Positions 60,373-64,000 of a stretch of 64,000 nt of DNA are shown in pieces (the first letter of the stretch is position 1; every line of letters starts with the position of its first letter). The position numbers were made by a program, and so were the translations under genes. Source of the DNA: a virus; IMG/VR virus record IMGVR_UViG_3300045988_012220, positions 38,228-102,227 of that record. One strand, given 5' to 3'. A model generated the notes under the pieces. The model had not been told where the DNA came from, did not search any database, and saw nothing but the letters and a program-made list of their open reading frames with translations.

Positions 60373-61113
60373 TTACTTAAATATTCTATCCCAATGTGTT
60401 GTAAGTGTCCCATCTTCATTACCTTCTGCGATGACAATATCCTTTCCGGCTATGTGTCTTGCACGAGCCTCCATAATGGTATCAGATGTACCACCTTTGA
60501 AGGATATGTGTGTTTCATTTCCTTTGCGATATACATAACCAACCGCATCGGCTAATCCGCACACAATTTTACTCAGTTTACCAACTAAGTCGAGCTCTTT
60601 TGCAGAAACTTCAACACCGTCCTTTTCAGTTACGGTATCTTTAACGTGACCTACAAGAATAAATTCGTCACACAAATCTCGGAACATATCAACTACTTTT
60701 TTTACTGCGTCTCTAAGATACTTATAACCTGCACCATTAGGTAAGGTCGTTACGTCTGTGCCGTCCCATTTCTTACCCATTGGAGTCTGGCGATAGAGTG
60801 TACAAGCATAGCTCATACAAATATCCTCGAGTCGTGTAGCATTGTCAATAGTGATATGTTTATAGAAATTATGACCTACTTCTTTATTCTTGGCACGAAT
60901 GGCACTTGCTGCTTCTCCTAAATCATTGATCGTACGACACTGGATGGCCATCGCATCAACGAAGACAGAGCCTCCCTCAAGGTCTATGATAAGGTTATTA
61001 TCCAGCTGTGCAAGACAAGATGTCTTACCAGCCTTTGGAAGACCATAGAGTATAAGATATCTAGGGTTTTCAGAAACTGCAGGAATTTTACTAGTAGGTA
61101 ATGTTAAACTCAT
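60373..61113 (-). CDS. RecA-fold ATPase, AAA_24 / Sak4-like (246 aa)
   Basis: Walker A is GLPKAGKT near the N-terminus. The hydrophobic strand plus acidic residue FILVGH, and the size and context, fit phage Sak4-type recombination ATPases. This is an inference. Confidence 0.55.
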   Translation of the reverse strand: MSLTLPTSKIPAVSENPRYLILYGLPKAGKTSCLAQLDNNLIIDLEGGSVFVDAMAIQCRTINDLGEAASAIRAKNKEVGHNFYKHITIDNATRLEDICMSYACTLYRQTPMGKKWDGTDVTTLPNGAGYKYLRDAVKKVVDMFRDLCDEFILVGHVKDTVTEKDGVEVSAKELDLVGKLSKIVCGLADAVGYVYRKGNETHISFKGGTSDTIMEARARHIAGKDIVIAEGNEDGTLTTHWDRIFK

Positions 61114-61138
61114 GATACAATGATACTAAAAGTTTTAA

Positions 61139-61591
61139 TTAAAGCTTAATATTAATACTAATGATTGTCTTCTTGATCTCTGGACTAAGTGAAGAGATAA
61201 AGTTGTAATCACTAAAATCAGAATAGCTATAAATGTCGGTACCAATCTGGATCTCATCATTATAGAAAATGATAGGGAGGCCATTCTCAAGACGGTAAAT
61301 CTTACCGAGCTTAATACCCTTCATAGTATTCTTCTTCTTGCCATAGTTAGCAAGAATGTCACAAGCCTTTGCGAACAAAGTGTCGCCCTTCAGAGGCTTG
61401 TAGATATAAGTATGATCCAACTCGTCGAACATGGCATCAATCAGATCGTCCTCCTTCTTTGTGTTAAACAAATAAGAGTTGTTCTTCTTTACAGTAGAAA
61501 GAATAATATCATCGAGAATCTGAGAATAAATGTTACCATTGTTAGTGTTCTTAATGTTGTTGTCAGTAAACTTAATATCGTATGTTGTCAT
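61139..61591 (-). CDS. hypothetical protein (150 aa)
   Basis: An intact ORF under the standard code with a TAA stop, tightly packed in the operon. Confidence 0.65.
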   Translation of the reverse strand: MTTYDIKFTDNNIKNTNNGNIYSQILDDIILSTVKKNNSYLFNTKKEDDLIDAMFDELDHTYIYKPLKGDTLFAKACDILANYGKKKNTMKGIKLGKIYRLENGLPIIFYNDEIQIGTDIYSYSDFSDYNFISSLSPEIKKTIISINIKL

Positions 61592-61613
61592 AATTCAGCC
61601 TAAATTTAATTGC

Positions 61614-62540
61614 TTAACTTTCTATCAAGTTGTTATATGCTAAGTCATTCTGGAATTCAAGTATGCAGGGCTTTCCTGCGTCTCGATTCTTCAAGATGTG
61701 TAGATACACCTTGTTCTGAGTAGGTAAATGGCTCGGGCCGTATTCTTGTATCCCAAGAATTTCAGGCCTATGAATAACTATAACATAATCGCTAGCTTGA
61801 AACAAAGCGTCAGCAGATGAAATGTCGCTTCTCATAGGATAATGCGACAAAAAATTGTTTATTCTTTCTGGTGATTCGATATTTCTATTCATCTGTGCTA
61901 GTTGTAACACTGATGTCATAGGATACTTTTTAGCACTTATGAAAACTCTTTCGAGTTCCTGCATGGTCTCTATAACACTGCCTATAGGCTTTGTCAATAG
62001 AGCGTGATCATACATTATTATAAAGTGTTTATTAGTACCTTTTACATATGTATTATAAAAATACCTAATAATATCTTCTGCTTCCTTGGGAGTTGTAGGA
62101 TTATCTACAAACCATATAGGATACTCCTTTAGTTGATTAGATACTGAGATGACTTTTCTGAAGGTATCGTCATCCAGGTCCGTTTCCGAACTATACAAAG
62201 TCGAAGTCGTTTTCCTAAGCTTACTAGAAAGCGTTCTTCCAACTTGCCTAAATCCAACCATCTCTAACGAGAAAATCAGAATTACTATTTCTTCATCAGG
62301 ATTCAAATCAACAATATCGGTTGAGATTTCGTTTGCAAACGAGCTCTTTCCACTTCCTGAAATACCAGCTATGGTGTAAACGGTATTAGGTTCAATACCT
62401 CCCATACACTGCTTATTAAACTTAGCCCATCTAGTCTTAAGAGAAGTTATAGAATGTTCTCTTCGACCAGATATGTAGTTTATCGCCTCTTGGGCTACAA
62501 CTGACATTGGTCGTATAAGATTAGATAAGTTCTGTTCCAT
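61614..62540 (-). CDS. DnaB-like replicative helicase, RecA-type domain (308 aa from ATG 62540)
   Basis: Walker A is GISGSGKSSF and Walker B-like is FIIMYDHALL. The track start at 62555 is a TTG; ATG 62540 gives MEQNLSNL. Confidence 0.7.
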   Translation of the reverse strand: MEQNLSNLIRPMSVVAQEAINYISGRREHSITSLKTRWAKFNKQCMGGIEPNTVYTIAGISGSGKSSFANEISTDIVDLNPDEEIVILIFSLEMVGFRQVGRTLSSKLRKTTSTLYSSETDLDDDTFRKVISVSNQLKEYPIWFVDNPTTPKEAEDIIRYFYNTYVKGTNKHFIIMYDHALLTKPIGSVIETMQELERVFISAKKYPMTSVLQLAQMNRNIESPERINNFLSHYPMRSDISSADALFQASDYVIVIHRPEILGIQEYGPSHLPTQNKVYLHILKNRDAGKPCILEFQNDLAYNNLIES

Positions 62541-63087
62541 AAGTCGATTCCTCAATTTTAGAGTTGTCTTGCATTTCTTCCTCAGATTCTTCCCATTGGT
62601 GGTCTACGAGCCATCTCCACATCGTCTTCATATAACTTAGTTTACCTTCGTTAGTCTTTTTCTTCATTTCGAAGTCAAGACACTGAATAAGATGTTGAGC
62701 CATGGCCTCACTTTGGCCTACATAGACATTAAATAAATGTCTACATTTGTTAACGTTGGCTCTTAGATAGTTTTTTGTACCATCTGGTCGTAGAACGTAT
62801 ATTGGGTACATTTCATAGAACAGATCGAAATAGTCCTTTTTAGGGCGGACTACATCCTTAAGCGCATCTGTTGCATGATATGTAATTGACTTACCTCTCT
62901 CGATCGAGGTAATAAGTCCCTGAGAAATTAAGTTTGATATTTCTTCGTCGCTAACTAGGCTGACAATTTTGCGGACGTCTTGATTATAAGTTTTTTGATT
63001 CTTATCCAATACCAAACTCAGGAATATTAATTGATTTGAATTTAATCCTGGAATATCCAGGAGTTTTGTGTTTAGTTCAATAATCAT
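62521..63087 (-). CDS. hypothetical replication-module protein (188 aa)
   Basis: An intact ORF between the polymerase and helicase genes, a position typical of an initiator or helicase loader. No motif was recognised. Confidence 0.6.
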   Translation of the reverse strand: MIIELNTKLLDIPGLNSNQLIFLSLVLDKNQKTYNQDVRKIVSLVSDEEISNLISQGLITSIERGKSITYHATDALKDVVRPKKDYFDLFYEMYPIYVLRPDGTKNYLRANVNKCRHLFNVYVGQSEAMAQHLIQCLDFEMKKKTNEGKLSYMKTMWRWLVDHQWEESEEEMQDNSKIEESTYGTELI

Positions 63088-63108
63088 CTTATATACGTTG
63101 ATAAACGA

Positions 63109-64000
63109 TTAATCATCGAAGATTGTCAACTGGCGGTTAACAAACTCACTAGCTATCTTTTTTGCTTTGCTAATGTAGTACTGGTAATCCAGGTGACGGT
63201 TTTCTATTGGTGTGGCATCCATCTTATTAAGAATTCGGACTCCATGTTCTGTTATTTTTGTTTCAGAACGTTTTTCATACATTTTGTCCTTAACCCTTAT
63301 AAGGTAGTAGCCACTATTCGATGCGTAGTATCTATTAATACGTTGAATCAGGTTTCCACCATACTCAACTTTTGATTCCTTATTTACGCTTTGTGACATT
63401 AAGAAATCACGGATATCTCTATCCTTCTTAATAAACTTGTCTATCGGTTCATTGTTCAAAAAATAGTTTATCACAGCTTTGGAGATAACAACTGGTGTCA
63501 TACTATTATTAAGACCAATATCTGTGATAAACTTGCCTTTCTTTTCTATCAGTCTCGGATCTCCAGATTGAGAGTATCCTTTGCGAACACCAAAGTAATT
63601 GTTCACGTCGTACTGATAAAACGACTCATAATCATCGGATTCGAATGTCAACTGGGTTAATTGCTCAACTTCCTTAATTGCATCGGCTATTGCGAAGCGG
63701 GCGGATTTGTCAGCAATGTAGACGACACCATCTGTATTGACTTGTACAATCTTACAATTCAATTCTAGAAGCTTATCCACTAACATAAGTAGTATAAGTT
63801 GCCCATTTATACGTATCTTGTATACGTTAAGTGGATCATATGCCCAGCTACTTTCTTGTTGCATCTTTCCGGTAAGAGCATTAAGAGCCTGTTTGAATGC
63901 CTTAGACTTTAATAACTCTCCATTACGTTTGGCAGACAAGCGCTCCTTGTATAGAGCGTTGTACACATTCCAAAAATCTTCTCCTAAGTGAACTGGAAGC
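63109..64000 (-). CDS. family B DNA polymerase, C-terminal part (N-terminus beyond window edge)
   Basis: The reading frame stays open to the window edge; the track M at 63966 is a GTG inside the frame. KQALNALTGKM resembles PolB motif B (KxxxNSxYG, compare phi29 KLMLNSLYGKF). VQVNTDGV resembles motif C (DTDS). Confidence 0.7.
   Translation of the reverse strand, partial: LPVHLGEDFWNVYNALYKERLSAKRNGELLKSKAFKQALNALTGKMQQESSWAYDPLNVYKIRINGQLILLMLVDKLLELNCKIVQVNTDGVVYIADKSARFAIADAIKEVEQLTQLTFESDDYESFYQYDVNNYFGVRKGYSQSGDPRLIEKKGKFITDIGLNNSMTPVVISKAVINYFLNNEPIDKFIKKDRDIRDFLMSQSVNKESKVEYGGNLIQRINRYYASNSGYYLIRVKDKMYEKRSETKITEHGVRILNKMDATPIENRHLDYQYYISKAKKIASEFVNRQLTIFDD

Noticed and set aside
1-64000. 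CRISPR arrays, integrase/att sites, and a diversity-generating retroelement (reverse transcriptase plus template/variable repeats) near the fibre genes.
   Set aside because: No regularly spaced direct repeats, no recombinase-like ORF and no reverse-transcriptase-like ORF were seen on either strand. Long imperfect repeats cannot be excluded by eye and would need a computational self-comparison.

Overview
This window reads as a large piece of a crAss-like (Crassvirales-type) phage genome; that assignment is inferred from gene content and order. A 54.5-kb + strand late/structural module runs from 1 to 54504. It holds the terminase large subunit 3' part, a portal-sized gene, an acidic scaffold-like gene, the major capsid protein, fibre and tail genes, a 5,164-codon virion-RNA-polymerase-type gene and a 2,230-codon cargo-type gene. 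It converges on a 9.4-kb - strand replication module (54586-64000) with a family B DNA polymerase fragment, DnaB-like helicase, RecA-fold ATPase, SSB, Toprim primase, two PD-(D/E)XK-type nucleases and an AAA+ ATPase. The main result is that the + strand genes only make sense if TAG is a sense codon. I hand-counted about 380 in-frame TAGs in 23 of 27 + strand genes. Every + strand gene ends in TAA or TGA. The - strand genes contain no in-frame TAG and never use TAG as a stop. I checked the reading frames codon by codon for in-frame TAA/TGA, and the fragmented ORF track collapses into 27 + strand genes. Two related ORF-less group I introns interrupt the capsid gene (9638-9908) and the giant RNAP-type gene (44501-44761). 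The second splits a GSD|FDID (DxDxD) motif. A 1-kb untranslated, structure-rich island inside the replication operon (58644-59676) carries three tRNA-like modules. Each has a canonical T arm and an acceptor helix, but I could not fold any into a canonical cloverleaf. I found no convincing CUA-anticodon suppressor tRNA in the window. Functional calls rest on motifs read by eye and on gene order; no database search was possible.
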